DNA of 64,000 nucleotides from an uncultured Actinomycetes bacterium (GCA_963767005.1 CAVYCN010000002.1:192001-256000); one strand, 5' to 3'; shown: positions 37,386 to 47,828, counted from the stretch's first letter. The notes: generated by a model from the letters alone, not told the origin. Numbers and translations: made by a program.

Positions 37386-37413
37386 ATATCGGCACCGGCT
37401 TTGCCGTTCTTTA
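37386..37413 (-). promoter_or_regulatory. Sigma-28 (SigD/FliA/WhiG-type) promoter for the peptide operon
   Basis: Minus strand TAAA-N16-GCCGATAT, about 95 nt upstream of the first peptide ATG. Confidence 0.72.
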
Positions 37414-37543
37414 ACTTGGAACGAGGCTCTCGTGAAAGGAACAGGCGTGCGTCGGCGCTGGCGGCCCGGCACGTCGTGTGATATCACTCTCACGGCTCGA
37501 GCGTCCGCCGCGCCGCCGGTCCGGCCGGCGGCCTCTTCCGAGC

Positions 37544-37557
37544 CGAACGTCTGTTCG
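37544..37557. promoter_or_regulatory. LexA (Cheo-box) like site
   Basis: CGAACGTCTGTTCG, same form as the lexA operators at 42477 and 42505. Confidence 0.5.
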
Positions 37558-37612
37558 TCGAGTGCACCCGAGCCGCGCCCGGGCGCGACAGGACCAAGGA
37601 GGGAACCGCAAC

Positions 37613-38251
37613 ATGACCGACCAACAGCACGAGGTCCTCGCCACGGTGAGGGACAAGATCGCCAACCCGGCGCCGCTCGGGCTCATGGCGTTCGGCATGA
37701 CCACCGTGCTGCTCAACCTGAGCAACGCCGGCCTCTTTCCGCTGAACAGCGTGGTCCTCGCCATGGGCGTCTTCTACGGCGGCGCGGCGCAAGTGATCGC
37801 CGCCCTGCAGGAGTACAAGAAGAACAACGTCTTCGGGGCGACCGCCTTCGCTTCGTACGGCTTCTTCTGGATGAGCTTCGTCGCGATCTTCGCCTTCCCG
37901 AAGTGGATCGGCATCGAGGCCGCGAGCACGACGGCGCTCGGCTGGTACCTGCTCGCCTGGGGCGTCTTCACCGGCCTCATGTTCGTCGCCACGCTGCGCA
38001 TCAACGTGAGCCTGCAGGTGGTGTTCGGCAGCCTGACGATCCTGTACGTGCTGCTCACGCTCCATTTCTGGACCGGCAACGCGATGCTCGGCAAGGTCGC
38101 CGGCTGGGAGGGCGTCTTCGTGGGCCTGTCGGCCATGTACGGCGCGATCGCCCAGATCTGGAACGAGGTCTACGGCGAGGTCGTGCTGCCGCTCGGCCAG
38201 GTCGAGCGGCCGCGCGCCGTCAAGGTGATGCCGTCGACGAGCGGCAAGTAG
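37613..38251 (+). CDS. satP: Acetate/succinate uptake channel (GPR1/FUN34/YaaH family)
   Basis: ANPAPLGL, FYGG..Q, SYGFFW; about 6 TM helices. Confidence 0.88.
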   Translation: MTDQQHEVLATVRDKIANPAPLGLMAFGMTTVLLNLSNAGLFPLNSVVLAMGVFYGGAAQVIAALQEYKKNNVFGATAFASYGFFWMSFVAIFAFPKWIGIEAASTTALGWYLLAWGVFTGLMFVATLRINVSLQVVFGSLTILYVLLTLHFWTGNAMLGKVAGWEGVFVGLSAMYGAIAQIWNEVYGEVVLPLGQVERPRAVKVMPSTSGK

Positions 38252-38272
38252 CCGGCTCCGTCACGCCGCCTC

Positions 38273-38320
38273 GACGGGGGCGGGCCGCTCCGCACGGAGC
38301 GGCCCGCCCCCGTCCCTTTT
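38273..38320 (+). terminator. Rho-independent terminator
   Basis: gacgggggcgggccgctccg..cggagcggcccgcccccgtc followed by T-tract. Confidence 0.75.
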
Positions 38321-38437
38321 CCGCGCTCGACCAGACGGCCGCCCTTGCCGGCGGCCAGGTATATCCTAGGTAGAGAGAGTGAACGCGCCGCGCCCGGTCG
38401 CGGGCGCGGCGTTCGTGCACGAGACGTGGAGGTCGCC

Positions 38438-40105
38438 ATGAGCGTCGTCGGATCGGATCGGGTCGTACGCGCGCCGCGGGGCACGCAGCTGTCGTGCCGC
38501 GGCTGGCAGCAGGAAGCCGCCCTGCGCATGCTCATGAACAACCTCGACCCCGAGGTCGCCGAGCGGCCTCAGGACCTCGTGGTCTACGGTGGCGCCGGCA
38601 AGGCGGCGCGCAGCTGGGAGGCCTTCGACGCGATCGTCGCCACCCTGCGCCGCCTGGGCGACGACGAGACGCTGCTCGTGCAGTCGGGCAAGCCGGTCGG
38701 CGTGTTCGAGACGCACCCCTGGGCGCCGCGCGTGCTGATCGCCAACGCCAACCTCGTGGGCGACTGGGCGAACTGGGACGAGTTCCGTCGCCTCGACGCT
38801 CTCGGCCTCACCATGTACGGCCAGATGACGGCCGGCTCGTGGATCTACATCGGCACGCAGGGCATCCTGCAGGGCACCTACCAGACCTTCGCCGCGGCCG
38901 GCGAGAAACACTATGGCTCAGACCTGGCAGGTCGCCTCGTGCTCACGGCCGGCCTGGGCGGCATGGGCGGCGCTCAGCCCCTGGCCGTCACCATGGCCGG
39001 CGGCGTGGCACTGTGCGTCGAGGTCGATCCCGTGCGCATCAAGCGGCGCCTCGAGACCGGCTACGTCGACCAGTCGACCGAATCCCTGGACGAAGCGCTG
39101 CGCTGGGCGGCGGCCGCCGCCAATGCCAGGCAGTCGCTCTCGATCGCCCTGCTGGGCAACGCCGCCGACGTCTACCCCGAGCTCGTGCGACGCGGCGTCG
39201 TGCCCGACCTCGTGACCGACCAGACCTCGGCGCACGACACGCTCAACGGCTACATCCCGAACGGCATGTCCTACGACGAGGCCCTCGCGCTGCGCGCGAG
39301 CGACCCGGGCGAGTACGTCAAGCGGGCCGTCGCGGCGATCGTCGAGCACGTGCAGGCGATGGTGGCGCTGCAGAGGGCGGGCTCAAACGTCTTCGACTAC
39401 GGCAACAACATCCGCGGCGAGGCTAAGGCGGCCGGCTTCGCCGACGCCTTCGCCTTCCAGGGCTTCGTGCCGCTCTACATCAGGCCGCTCTTCTGCCGCG
39501 GCAACGGTCCCTTCCGCTGGGCGGCGCTGTCGGGCGATCCGGCCGACATCACGCGCACCGACCGCGCCGTGCTCGAGACCTTCCCTGACAACGAGATGGT
39601 GACCCGCTGGATCCGCATGGCCGCCGAGAAGGTCCATTTTCAGGGGCTGCCCTGCCGCATCTGCTGGCTCGAGTACGGCGAGCGGGCGAAGATGGGCAAG
39701 GTCTTCAACGAGCTCGTGCGCTCGGGCGAGGTCAAGGCGCCGATCGTGATCGGCCGCGACCACCTCGACTCGGGCTCGGTGGCCTCGCCCTATCGCGAGA
39801 CCGAGGCCATGCGCGACGGCTCCGACGCGATCGCCGACTGGCCCATTCTGAACGCGCTCCTGAACACGGCCGCCGGCGCCTCGTGGGTGAGCTTCCACCA
39901 CGGCGGCGGCGTGGGCATCGGCAAGAGCCTGCACGCCGGCATGGTGGTCGTCGCCGACGGCACCGACATGATGGCCGAGCGCCTGCGGCGCGTGCTCACC
40001 ACCGACCCCGGCACGGGCGTGATGCGCCACGCCGACGCGGGCTATCCCGAGGCGCTCGAGGCCGCGCGTGAGTACGGCATCGACCTGCCGATGGCGGGGG
40101 CGTGA
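38438..40105 (+). CDS. hutU: Urocanate hydratase
   Basis: [43 protein letters not shown]. Confidence 0.96.
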   Translation: MSVVGSDRVVRAPRGTQLSCRGWQQEAALRMLMNNLDPEVAERPQDLVVYGGAGKAARSWEAFDAIVATLRRLGDDETLLVQSGKPVGVFETHPWAPRVLIANANLVGDWANWDEFRRLDALGLTMYGQMTAGSWIYIGTQGILQGTYQTFAAAGEKHYGSDLAGRLVLTAGLGGMGGAQPLAVTMAGGVALCVEVDPVRIKRRLETGYVDQSTESLDEALRWAAAAANARQSLSIALLGNAADVYPELVRRGVVPDLVTDQTSAHDTLNGYIPNGMSYDEALALRASDPGEYVKRAVAAIVEHVQAMVALQRAGSNVFDYGNNIRGEAKAAGFADAFAFQGFVPLYIRPLFCRGNGPFRWAALSGDPADITRTDRAVLETFPDNEMVTRWIRMAAEKVHFQGLPCRICWLEYGERAKMGKVFNELVRSGEVKAPIVIGRDHLDSGSVASPYRETEAMRDGSDAIADWPILNALLNTAAGASWVSFHHGGGVGIGKSLHAGMVVVADGTDMMAERLRRVLTTDPGTGVMRHADAGYPEALEAAREYGIDLPMAGA

Positions 40106-41439
40106 GCAGGCCGACGAGCGTGGGTGGCCCGCCGCCGACGCCAGAGGGACGCGTGCCGGCCGACTTCGTTCTGCGGCACGCGAGCGAGCTCGTCACGATG
40201 GCGCCGGGCGCCGCCCCGGCCGCCGGCGCCGGCCTTGGGCCCGGCGATGACGGCCTCGGCGTGCTGGCGGACGCGGCCCTGGCCGCGCGCGACGGACGCG
40301 TGGTGTGGGTGGGGCGCGACGTCGAGCTCGGCGGCGCCGTCGAGGTGCTCGCCGGCGCCGCCGAGCTCGACGCGGCCGGCGCCTGCGTGCTGCCCGGCTT
40401 CGTCGACGCGCACACGCACGCCGTCTTCGCCGGCTCGCGCGCCGGCGAGTACGCGGCCCGGCTCGGCGGCGTGAGCTACGCCGAGATCCTGGCCTCGGGT
40501 GGCGGTATCAACGCCACGGTGAGCGCGACGCGGGCGGCGAGCCTCGCCGAGCTCACATCCGCGACCCGCCGGCGCCTCGACTCGTTCCTCGCCCACGGTA
40601 CGACCACGCTCGAGGTCAAGAGCGGCTACGGTGCGACCACCGTGGACGAGGCGCGCATGCTCGACGCGGCGGCGGCGGAGCATCCGACGCGCCGCCGCCT
40701 CACCCTGCTGGGGGCCCACTTCACGCCGCCCGAGTTCGCCGGCCGCGACGACGACTTCATCGCCTACGTCTGCGACGACATGCTGCCGGCGCTGCGCGGC
40801 CGTGCCGACTTCGTCGACGTGTTCTGCGACGAGGGCGCCTTCAGCGTGGCGCAGTCGCGCCGGGTGCTCGAGGCGGGGAAGAGGCTCGGCTTCGGCCTCA
40901 AGGTCCACGCCGACGAGCTCGCTCGCTCGGGCGGCTCGCTCCTGGCGGCCGAGCTCGGCTGCATGTCGGCCGACCACCTCGTGCACGCCGGGCCCGCCGA
41001 GATCGCGGCCCTGCGCGACGCCGGCGTGGTCGCCGCGCTGCTGCCGGGCACGAGCTTCACGCTGCACCAGGCCTACGCCCCCGCTCGTGAGATGCTCGAA
41101 GCGGGCCTCGAGATCGCCCTGGCGACCGACTTCAACCCCGGTACCTGCTACTGCGAGAGCATGCAGCAGGTCATCGCCCTGGCCTGTCAGGAGATGCGTC
41201 TCACCCCGGCCCAGGCGCTGCGCGCCGCGACCGCCGGCGGCGCCGCGGCGCTCGGTCTGCGCGGACGGGTCGGCGGCCTCGCACCCGGCATGGCCTGCGA
41301 CCTGATCGTGCTCGACGCGGCCAGCCGCCACGAGCTGCCCTACCACTTCGGCGTGAACCTGGCGGCGGTCGTGGTGGCCGGCGGCCGGGTGGTCGCCCGG
41401 AGCGGCGCGCCCTGGCACGAGGGCGAGGAGTCGCGATGA
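40102..41439 (+). CDS. hutI: Imidazolonepropionase
   Basis: [38 protein letters not shown]. Confidence 0.93.
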   Translation: MSRPTSVGGPPPTPEGRVPADFVLRHASELVTMAPGAAPAAGAGLGPGDDGLGVLADAALAARDGRVVWVGRDVELGGAVEVLAGAAELDAAGACVLPGFVDAHTHAVFAGSRAGEYAARLGGVSYAEILASGGGINATVSATRAASLAELTSATRRRLDSFLAHGTTTLEVKSGYGATTVDEARMLDAAAAEHPTRRRLTLLGAHFTPPEFAGRDDDFIAYVCDDMLPALRGRADFVDVFCDEGAFSVAQSRRVLEAGKRLGFGLKVHADELARSGGSLLAAELGCMSADHLVHAGPAEIAALRDAGVVAALLPGTSFTLHQAYAPAREMLEAGLEIALATDFNPGTCYCESMQQVIALACQEMRLTPAQALRAATAGGAAALGLRGRVGGLAPGMACDLIVLDAASRHELPYHFGVNLAAVVVAGGRVVARSGAPWHEGEESR

Positions 41440-42338
41440 CGCTGGTCGAGTGCGTGCCCAACTTCTCCGAGGGCCGGCGGCCCGAGGTGATCGACGAGAT
41501 CGGTGGCGCGATCTCAGCGACGCCGGGCGTGACGCTGCTCGACAGCCAGAGCGACGCCCACCACAACCGCTGCGTCCTGACGTTCGTCGGCGAGTCCGGG
41601 GCCGCGCAGGAGGCGGCCTACCGGGCGATCGCCACGGCGGCTCGCCTGATCGACCTCACCCGTCACGAGGGCGCGCACCCGCGCTTCGGGGCGGCCGACG
41701 TCGTGCCGTTCGTGCCGGTCAGAGCCGGCGACATGGCGGTCTGCGTCGAGGCGGCCCATCGGCTGGGCGCCCGGGTGGGCGCCGACCTCGCCATCCCCGT
41801 GTACTTCTACGAAGAGGCGGCGCGCCGCCCCGAGCGGCGCAACCTCGCCGACGTGCGACGCGGCGAGTTCGAGGGGCTGCGCGAGGCGATCGGACGCGAC
41901 CCGGAGCGGGCGCCCGACGAGGGGCCGGCGGCCGTCCACCCGCAGGCCGGGGCGGTGGCGATCGGCGCCCGCGCGCCGCTCATCGCCTACAACGTCAATC
42001 TGGTCTCCAGCGATCTCGCACTCGCCAGGCGCATCGCGACCGAGATCCGCGAGCGCGACGGCGGCCTGCCCTGCGTGAAGGCCATGGGCCTCGCGCTCGA
42101 CGACGGCGTCCAGGTCTCGATGAACCTGACCGACTTCCGCCGCACGTCCGTGCTGACCGCCTTCGAGGCGGTGCGCAGCCGGGCCGCGGCGGCCGGCGTC
42201 GCCGTACGCGAGAGCGAGGTCGTCGGGCTGCTGCCCGAGGACGCCCTCACCGGCCTCGCCCGCGAGGTGCTCGCCGCGCCGCAGCTCACGCGCGCCCAGG
42301 TGCTCGAGGCCAGGGTGCTCGACAACCTGCTGTCGTAG
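41436..42338 (+). CDS. ftcD: Glutamate formiminotransferase
   Basis: ECVPNFSEGR, HNRCVLT, HEGAHPRFGAADVVPF, QVSMNL. Confidence 0.92.
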   Translation: MTLVECVPNFSEGRRPEVIDEIGGAISATPGVTLLDSQSDAHHNRCVLTFVGESGAAQEAAYRAIATAARLIDLTRHEGAHPRFGAADVVPFVPVRAGDMAVCVEAAHRLGARVGADLAIPVYFYEEAARRPERRNLADVRRGEFEGLREAIGRDPERAPDEGPAAVHPQAGAVAIGARAPLIAYNVNLVSSDLALARRIATEIRERDGGLPCVKAMGLALDDGVQVSMNLTDFRRTSVLTAFEAVRSRAAAAGVAVRESEVVGLLPEDALTGLAREVLAAPQLTRAQVLEARVLDNLLS

Positions 42339-42470
42339 CCGGCCGGCCCGGGCGGGCCGGCTCGTCGCCTCGCTGCGCGGGCCGGCGCGATCGCCCTCGC
42401 GGTTCGTGCCTGGGTCGTGCGTCGTCTCGTGGCCGGCTCTTTCCGTCCGACCCCCCCTGTAGCATCCCGC

Positions 42471-42518
42471 TTGACACGAACACGTGTTCCGCCCTATAGT
42501 CAGGCGAACATATGTTCG
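42471..42518 (+). promoter_or_regulatory. Sigma-70-type promoter with two LexA SOS boxes
   Basis: TTGACA (42471) N18 TATAGT (42495); operators CGAACACGTGTTCC (42477) and CGAACATATGTTCG (42505). Confidence 0.88.
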
Positions 42519-42534
42519 AGACAAGGAGAGGGGC

Positions 42535-43128
42535 GTGACTGGTCTGACCGCACGACAGGAGCAGGTGCTTCGGTTCATCCGCGAGTTCACCCGCGCCAAC
42601 GGCTACCCGCCCACCGTCCGCGAGATCGGCAGTCAGCTCGAGCTGTCGTCGCCCTCAACGGTCCACGTGCACCTCGGCAACCTCGAGCGTCTCGGCCTCA
42701 TCCGTCGCGACCCCAGCAAGCCCAGGGCGCTCGAGCTGGTCGACGCGCTCCGGCCGCTCAAGCCCCTGCCGCTCGTCGGCCAGGTGGCGGCGGGCGTGCC
42801 CATCCTCGCCGAGCAGAACATCGAAGACTACGTCGACGTCCCGGCCCTTCTGCGCCGCAGCGACGACGACTTCCTGCTGCGGGTCGAGGGCGACTCCATG
42901 GTCGACGCCGGCATCCACAACGACGACCTCATCGTCGTGCATCGCCAGGCGACCGCCGACAACGGCGATATCGTCGTCGCCCTGGTCGGCGACGAAGCCA
43001 CCACCAAGCGCTTCTACCGCGAGTCCGGGCATGTCCGCCTGCAGCCGGCCAACGACCTCTACGAGCCCATCGTGCTCGACGACGTCGAGCTCGTCGGGCG
43101 GGTCGTGGGGGTGCTGCGCAGGCTATGA
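42535..43128 (+). CDS. lexA: SOS repressor LexA
   Basis: GYPPTVREI HTH, VAAGVP cleavage site, GDSM serine, TTKR lysine. Confidence 0.95.
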   Translation: MTGLTARQEQVLRFIREFTRANGYPPTVREIGSQLELSSPSTVHVHLGNLERLGLIRRDPSKPRALELVDALRPLKPLPLVGQVAAGVPILAEQNIEDYVDVPALLRRSDDDFLLRVEGDSMVDAGIHNDDLIVVHRQATADNGDIVVALVGDEATTKRFYRESGHVRLQPANDLYEPIVLDDVELVGRVVGVLRRL

Positions 43129-43367
43129 GTCTCGTCGCCCTCGCCGAACCGTCCCGCACCCTGGCTCAGGCCGTCGACGACCTGGTCGTGCTCACGCGCA
43201 ACCAGGCCGGCGGCACCTGTCTGTGGTGCGGGTCGCGCGACCTGTGGGTCGCTGCGGCGGGCGGCGGCGCGACCACCGACGGGCCCTGCCTGGTCGTGAC
43301 CTGCCGCGACTGCGGCGCCGAGCTCGTCACCGAACCGCTTTCCACGTCGAGGGGTCGGTGCGCATGA
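43125..43367 (+). CDS. Small zinc-ribbon protein coupled to lexA
   Basis: ATGA overlaps at both ends; CLWC and CRDC. Confidence 0.65.
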   Translation: MSLVALAEPSRTLAQAVDDLVVLTRNQAGGTCLWCGSRDLWVAAAGGGATTDGPCLVVTCRDCGAELVTEPLSTSRGRCA

Positions 43368-43783
43368 CCGACGCACCGAGCCGCTACGGCCCTGCCATCG
43401 GCCCCTCGCCGGTCGCGCCGGCTCCCGCTCGGGAGCCCGCGGCCCCAGCGCGCAGACGGTACCCCCCCGAACGGCGGCGGCGTGCGGCCGCACGCCGCCG
43501 CCGGCTGCGCGGCCTTGCCCGGCTTGCCGTGCTGCTGCTCGTCCTGCTCGTCGCGATCTGGGCGGGCGCGCGCATCGCCAACGCCACGAGCAACGGCGCG
43601 GCCTTCACCGAGCACCGGTACGTGGTGCACGCCGGCGACACGCTGTGGAGCGTCGCGACTCGAGCCTACCCGGGTCAGCACGATCCGCGCCGCCTGGTGT
43701 TCGCGATCGAGCAGCGCAACCACCTGGCGGGGGCCGACGTTCACCCCGGACAGGTGCTCATTCTGCCGATCCAGGCGCAGTAG
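43364..43783 (+). CDS. Membrane-anchored LysM protein (YneA/ChiZ-like division inhibitor)
   Basis: One TM helix, then YVVHAGDTLWSVA...VHPGQVLILP LysM; in the lexA operon. Confidence 0.8.
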   Translation: MTDAPSRYGPAIGPSPVAPAPAREPAAPARRRYPPERRRRAAARRRRLRGLARLAVLLLVLLVAIWAGARIANATSNGAAFTEHRYVVHAGDTLWSVATRAYPGQHDPRRLVFAIEQRNHLAGADVHPGQVLILPIQAQ

Positions 43784-43832
43784 CGCGGGCGGCCGCCGGG
43801 CGCGGCCGGCCGGCAAGGGCGGATAGCTTCGG

Positions 43833-44810
43833 CTAGAGCCAGTTGCGCCGCTTGAAGAAGGCGTACAGACCCACCGCACTGCCGGCCATGAGCGCCAAGG
43901 CATAGGGGTAGCCCAGTTCCCAGTGCAGCTCGGGCATGTGGTCGAAGTTCATACCGTAGATGCTCGCGATCACCGTGGGCAGGGCGATGATCGCCGCCCA
44001 CGAGCTCACCTTCAGCACGACCTCGTTCATGTTGTTCGAGATCACCGACAGGTGGGCTTCGAGCGCCGCCGAGATCAGGTCGTGCATGGTGTCGAGGTCC
44101 TCCGACACGCGCACCACGTGGTCGTACAGGTCGCGCACGTAGGCGTCGAGGTCGAGCGACAGCACTTCCTCGTCGCGGCGCAGCAGCACGTTCAGTACCT
44201 CGCGCATGGGCGCCACGGCGCGGCGGAACAGAATGACGTCGCGCCGCGCTGCGAAGGCCGGCTCCAGGCCGCTGCCGCTCGCGGCCTGGGGGCCGTAGAT
44301 GAGGTGCTCCTCGAGCGCCTCGACTTTGTCCTGCAGGGCATCGACGGCCACGAAGTAGCCGTCGACCACGTGGTCGAGGAGGACGTAGGCGAAGAAGCCG
44401 CCGCCGAAACGCTCGAGCTGCTCCGGGGCGTGGTCGACCCGGTCGCGCAGGTCCGACAAGCCGTCGTCACCGTCGTGGCGGACCGTGATCGCGTAGTCCC
44501 GCGACACATAGCTCGTGATCTCGCGCAGGTCGATGGGGGCGTCGTCGACCGCGGCGGAGTAGGCAACGAGCGAGAAGAACCCCTCATACTGGTCGATCTT
44601 CGGCCGTTGGCGCGCAAGCACCGCATCCTCGATGGCGAGTGGGTGCAGGTGGAACGCGCTCTGCAGACGGCTCAGGACCTCCGCATCGGGCTGGGGCAGG
44701 TCGATCCAAGCGAAGGTCGCGGGGTCGCGACACTCGTTCGCCGCCTGGTCGAGCGTCCACTGCTCATCGACGCGGCGCCCTTGCCGATAGGCGATGACGC
44801 TGGGCTCCAT
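43833..44810 (-). CDS. corA: Magnesium transporter CorA
   Basis: LHPLAIED, QRPK, YGMNF..MPEL. Confidence 0.92.
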   Translation of the reverse strand: MEPSVIAYRQGRRVDEQWTLDQAANECRDPATFAWIDLPQPDAEVLSRLQSAFHLHPLAIEDAVLARQRPKIDQYEGFFSLVAYSAAVDDAPIDLREITSYVSRDYAITVRHDGDDGLSDLRDRVDHAPEQLERFGGGFFAYVLLDHVVDGYFVAVDALQDKVEALEEHLIYGPQAASGSGLEPAFAARRDVILFRRAVAPMREVLNVLLRRDEEVLSLDLDAYVRDLYDHVVRVSEDLDTMHDLISAALEAHLSVISNNMNEVVLKVSSWAAIIALPTVIASIYGMNFDHMPELHWELGYPYALALMAGSAVGLYAFFKRRNWL

Positions 44811-44959
44811 CTCACGGCAGGAGTTCGCCGCACGTGGGGCCTCTCCCTGCCGGCCCGGCCGGCGTGTCCAGGCCCGCAGGCGGGGCGCGGCGCCGGGCTG
44901 CGCCTGTCGTGAATGCCGGGAGCCCGCACGATGCCCGGTGGTATACTGCGCCGCAGGCG

Positions 44960-45036
44960 CGGGACGTGGCGCAGCCTGGTAGCGCACCTGCTTTGGGAGC
45001 AGGGGGTCGGCGGTTCGAGTCCGCCCGTCCCGACCA
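44960..45036 (+). tRNA. tRNA-Pro(TGG)
   Basis: Cloverleaf; anticodon arm cctgc-tttggga-gcagg; CCA end. Confidence 0.95.
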
Positions 45037-45055
45037 GGCATCCCGTCGCATGCGA

Positions 45056-45132
45056 GCGGGAGTAGCTCAGTTGGCTAGAGCATCAGCCTTCCAAGCTGAG
45101 GGTCGCGGGTTCGAGGCCCGTCTCCCGCTCCA
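45056..45132 (+). tRNA. tRNA-Gly(TCC)
   Basis: Anticodon arm tcagc-cttccaa-gctga; CCA end. Confidence 0.95.
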
Positions 45133-45165
45133 ATTCGATCTTCCGTCCGTTCCGTCACCGCGCGT

Positions 45166-45242
45166 GCGCCCGTAGCTCAGCCGGATAGAGCGTCGGACTT
45201 CTAATCCGAGGGTCGCAGGTTCGAATCCTGCCGGGCGCGCCA
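45166..45242 (+). tRNA. tRNA-Arg(TCT)
   Basis: Anticodon arm tcgga-cttctaa-tccga; CCA end. Confidence 0.95.
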
Positions 45243-45530
45243 GTAGGTCTGCGCCTGACCACATCGGCCGTAACCTGAGAGGAGCCGTTGGCGCCTTGTC
45301 TCCTGGCAAGGCGTCCGCAGACGCATCACCGGGGCGCCGGCGTGAGAGCCGCCCACCGGTTCGTGTCGGGGCCGCGCGCGCGCGATTCCCGCTCGCGTGA
45401 CTCGATGCCCGAGCCACAGTCGCAGACGTCGACGGGTTACACCATCGCCTCCGAGGGGAGGTTGAGCAGTGACGGTGACGCGACGAGCTCGTTCGGCGGG
45501 CGGCGTCCCCGGCCCCACGAGAGGCCCACC

Positions 45531-45830
45531 ATGATCCTCATGCTGCAGCACACCGTGCGCGACTACGAGGCCTGGAAGCCCGTCTTCGACGAGCACGAAG
45601 GCACGCGCGCCAAGTACGGCTGTCTTGGTCACACGACCTACCGCGCCACGGACAAGCCGAACGACTTGACCGTCCTGCTCAGGTGGGAGTCGCGCGAGCG
45701 CGCCGAGGAGTTCCTGCACGATCCGTCGCTGGCCGATGCCATGCAGCGTGGCGGCGTGGTCAGCGAGCCGCACGCGACGTGGGTGGACAAGAGCGATACC
45801 GTTACCTACGCGGCACGCAAGGCCGCCTGA
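45531..45830 (+). CDS. Small dimeric alpha/beta barrel (ABM/cyclase-like) protein
   Basis: HTVRDYEAWKPVFD...AMQRGGV pattern; hairpin at 45845-45882 follows. Confidence 0.7.
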   Translation: MILMLQHTVRDYEAWKPVFDEHEGTRAKYGCLGHTTYRATDKPNDLTVLLRWESRERAEEFLHDPSLADAMQRGGVVSEPHATWVDKSDTVTYAARKAA

Positions 45831-46063
45831 CTTCGACCGGCTTCAGGCCCGCCTGCGTGGTGCACACCCGCAGGCGGGCCTGTCTGCGTGCTACCAAAGT
45901 CCACCGCGAACGCGCGGCACCGGAGCGCGGCAGAGGGTCGAACGCCAAGCGGCGTCGCCCCCGATACCGGTCTTCGGCATCTTCGCGGCGGCCGGGCGAC
46001 GTGCTATCCTTACTCGCCGCTTTCCAAGGCGAGCGGCGTGCCACAAGGGTCGACGGATACCGT

Positions 46064-46140
46064 GGTGGGGGTAGCTCAGCTGGTAGAGCTCCAGGTTGTG
46101 GCCCTGGCGGTCGCGGGTTCGAATCCCGTCCCTCACCCCA
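46064..46140 (+). tRNA. tRNA-His(GTG)
   Basis: Anticodon arm ccagg-ttgtggc-cctgg; encoded G-1; CCA end. Confidence 0.93.
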
Positions 46141-46165
46141 GCACCTCCCGCGTCCCGAAACGCCT

Positions 46166-46252
46166 GCGGGTGTGGCGGAACTGGTAGACGCGCTAGACTT
46201 AGGATCTGGTGGGCCAAAGCCCGTGGAGGTTCAAGTCCTCTCACCCGCACCA
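46166..46252 (+). tRNA. tRNA-Leu(TAG)
   Basis: Anticodon arm ctaga-cttagga-tctgg; long variable arm; CCA end. Confidence 0.93.
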
Positions 46253-46344
46253 GCCGTTTCAGCCCCACTCGCCCCTGGCGCGAACGGGATTTGCCGTTCG
46301 TCGGCCGAGGGCAAGAACTCGAAGACGAGGACGGAGACTCCAAA

Positions 46345-47772
46345 GTGAAGACAGAGGTCAAGCCGGTCGCCGAGAACGAGGTCGAGCTCGCGGTCGAGGT
46401 GCCGCGCGTCGACGTCGAAGCCAAGGTCGAGCGCACCATCTCGCGCTTGCAGCGCGAGAGCTCGGTGCCCGGTTTTCGCAAGGGCAGGGTCCCTCGGCAG
46501 ATCGTGCTCAGCCGGCTCGGCCAGGACTACGTCCTGAGCCAGACCCTGAACGACTTCCTGCCCGAGTGGTACGAGAGCGCGATCGACGAGGCCGACATCG
46601 ACCCGGTGTCGCAGCCCGAGATCGACTTCGGCGACTTTACCGGCGAAGGGGACTTCGCCTTCACTGCCAAGGTCCAGGTGCGCCCTGAGCCCACGCTCGG
46701 CCAGTACACCGGCCTCGAGGTCGTGAAGGACCCGGTCGAGATCACCGACGCCCAGGTCGACGCCCAGTTGACCATGCTCCAGGAGCGCTTCGCGAGCCTC
46801 GGGCCGGTCGAAGGCAGGGCCGCCGCCAGGGGCGACTTCGTGCAGATCGACTTCGCCGGCACGCTCGACGACGTCCCGCTCGAGGGCGCGCAGGCCGACG
46901 ACTACATGCTCGAGGTCGGCCAGGGCAACCTCATCCCGGGTTTCGAGGAGCACCTCGAGGGTCTCGCGGCGGGGGAGACGACGACCTTCGACATCGTGTT
47001 CCCCGACGACTACCAGGCCGAGGAGCTGCAGGGCAAGGACGTCACCTTCGCCGTGACCATGAAGGAGATCAAAGAGAAGGTCGTGCCGGCGCTCGACGAC
47101 GAGTTCGCCCAGCAGGCGAGCGAGTTCGACACGCTCGCCGCCCTGCGCGACGACATGCGCGAGCGCCTGACCAAGGCGCGCGAGCAGATGGTCGAGCGCG
47201 AGTACCGCGGACGGGTCATCGAGAGGGCCGTCGAGAACGCCACCGTGAACATCCCGTCGGCCATGATCGACCGCCAGGCTCACGCCCTCTTCCACGAGCT
47301 CGAGTCGAGCATCGGCGAGCGTGGCCTCGAGATGGCCGGCTACCTCGAGGCGCTCGGCAAGACCGAGGCCGAGGTCGAGGCCGAGCTGCGACCGCGGGCC
47401 GAAGCCGAGGTGCGCCGCGGCCTCGTCCTGGCCGCCATCCGCGACGCCGAGAAGATCGAAGTCTCAGACGAAGAGCTCCGGGCGCGCATAATGGAGGACG
47501 CCGAGCTGCTGCAGCGCGACCCGAACCAGCTCGTGCTCGACGTGTACGCGTCCGGAAGGCAAAACATGCTGCGCGACGAATTGGTCATCGCCAAGACGGT
47601 CGACTTCCTCGTCGAGCACGCCGTGGCCATCGCGCCCGCACCGGGCGGAGAGAGTGCGCCCAAGGACAAGGCCGGCGCAGCGCCCAAGGCGGGCAAGGCC
47701 GGCGGTAAGGCGGCCGTCAAGACGGCCGGCAAGGCGGCGCCGAAGCGGCGCCCGAAGAAGGCAGCCGAGTAG
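46345..47772 (+). CDS. tig: Trigger factor
   Basis: PGFRKG ribosome-binding motif, FKBP-like domain; GTG start after GGAG. Confidence 0.94.
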   Translation: MKTEVKPVAENEVELAVEVPRVDVEAKVERTISRLQRESSVPGFRKGRVPRQIVLSRLGQDYVLSQTLNDFLPEWYESAIDEADIDPVSQPEIDFGDFTGEGDFAFTAKVQVRPEPTLGQYTGLEVVKDPVEITDAQVDAQLTMLQERFASLGPVEGRAAARGDFVQIDFAGTLDDVPLEGAQADDYMLEVGQGNLIPGFEEHLEGLAAGETTTFDIVFPDDYQAEELQGKDVTFAVTMKEIKEKVVPALDDEFAQQASEFDTLAALRDDMRERLTKAREQMVEREYRGRVIERAVENATVNIPSAMIDRQAHALFHELESSIGERGLEMAGYLEALGKTEAEVEAELRPRAEAEVRRGLVLAAIRDAEKIEVSDEELRARIMEDAELLQRDPNQLVLDVYASGRQNMLRDELVIAKTVDFLVEHAVAIAPAPGGESAPKDKAGAAPKAGKAGGKAAVKTAGKAAPKRRPKKAAE

Positions 47773-47828
47773 CGAAGATCACGATGTCCCGGGCAGGCGC
47801 GCGGGCCGGGCACCGAAAGGAGACGAAC

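Noticed and set aside
38438-42338. hut cluster lacking hutH and cyclodeaminase as a novel pathway
   Set aside because: These genes are often encoded elsewhere; absence cannot be judged from one window.
44960-46252. tRNA cluster as an integration site for an island or prophage
   Set aside because: No integrase and no duplicated tRNA 3' end seen; flanks are core genes.
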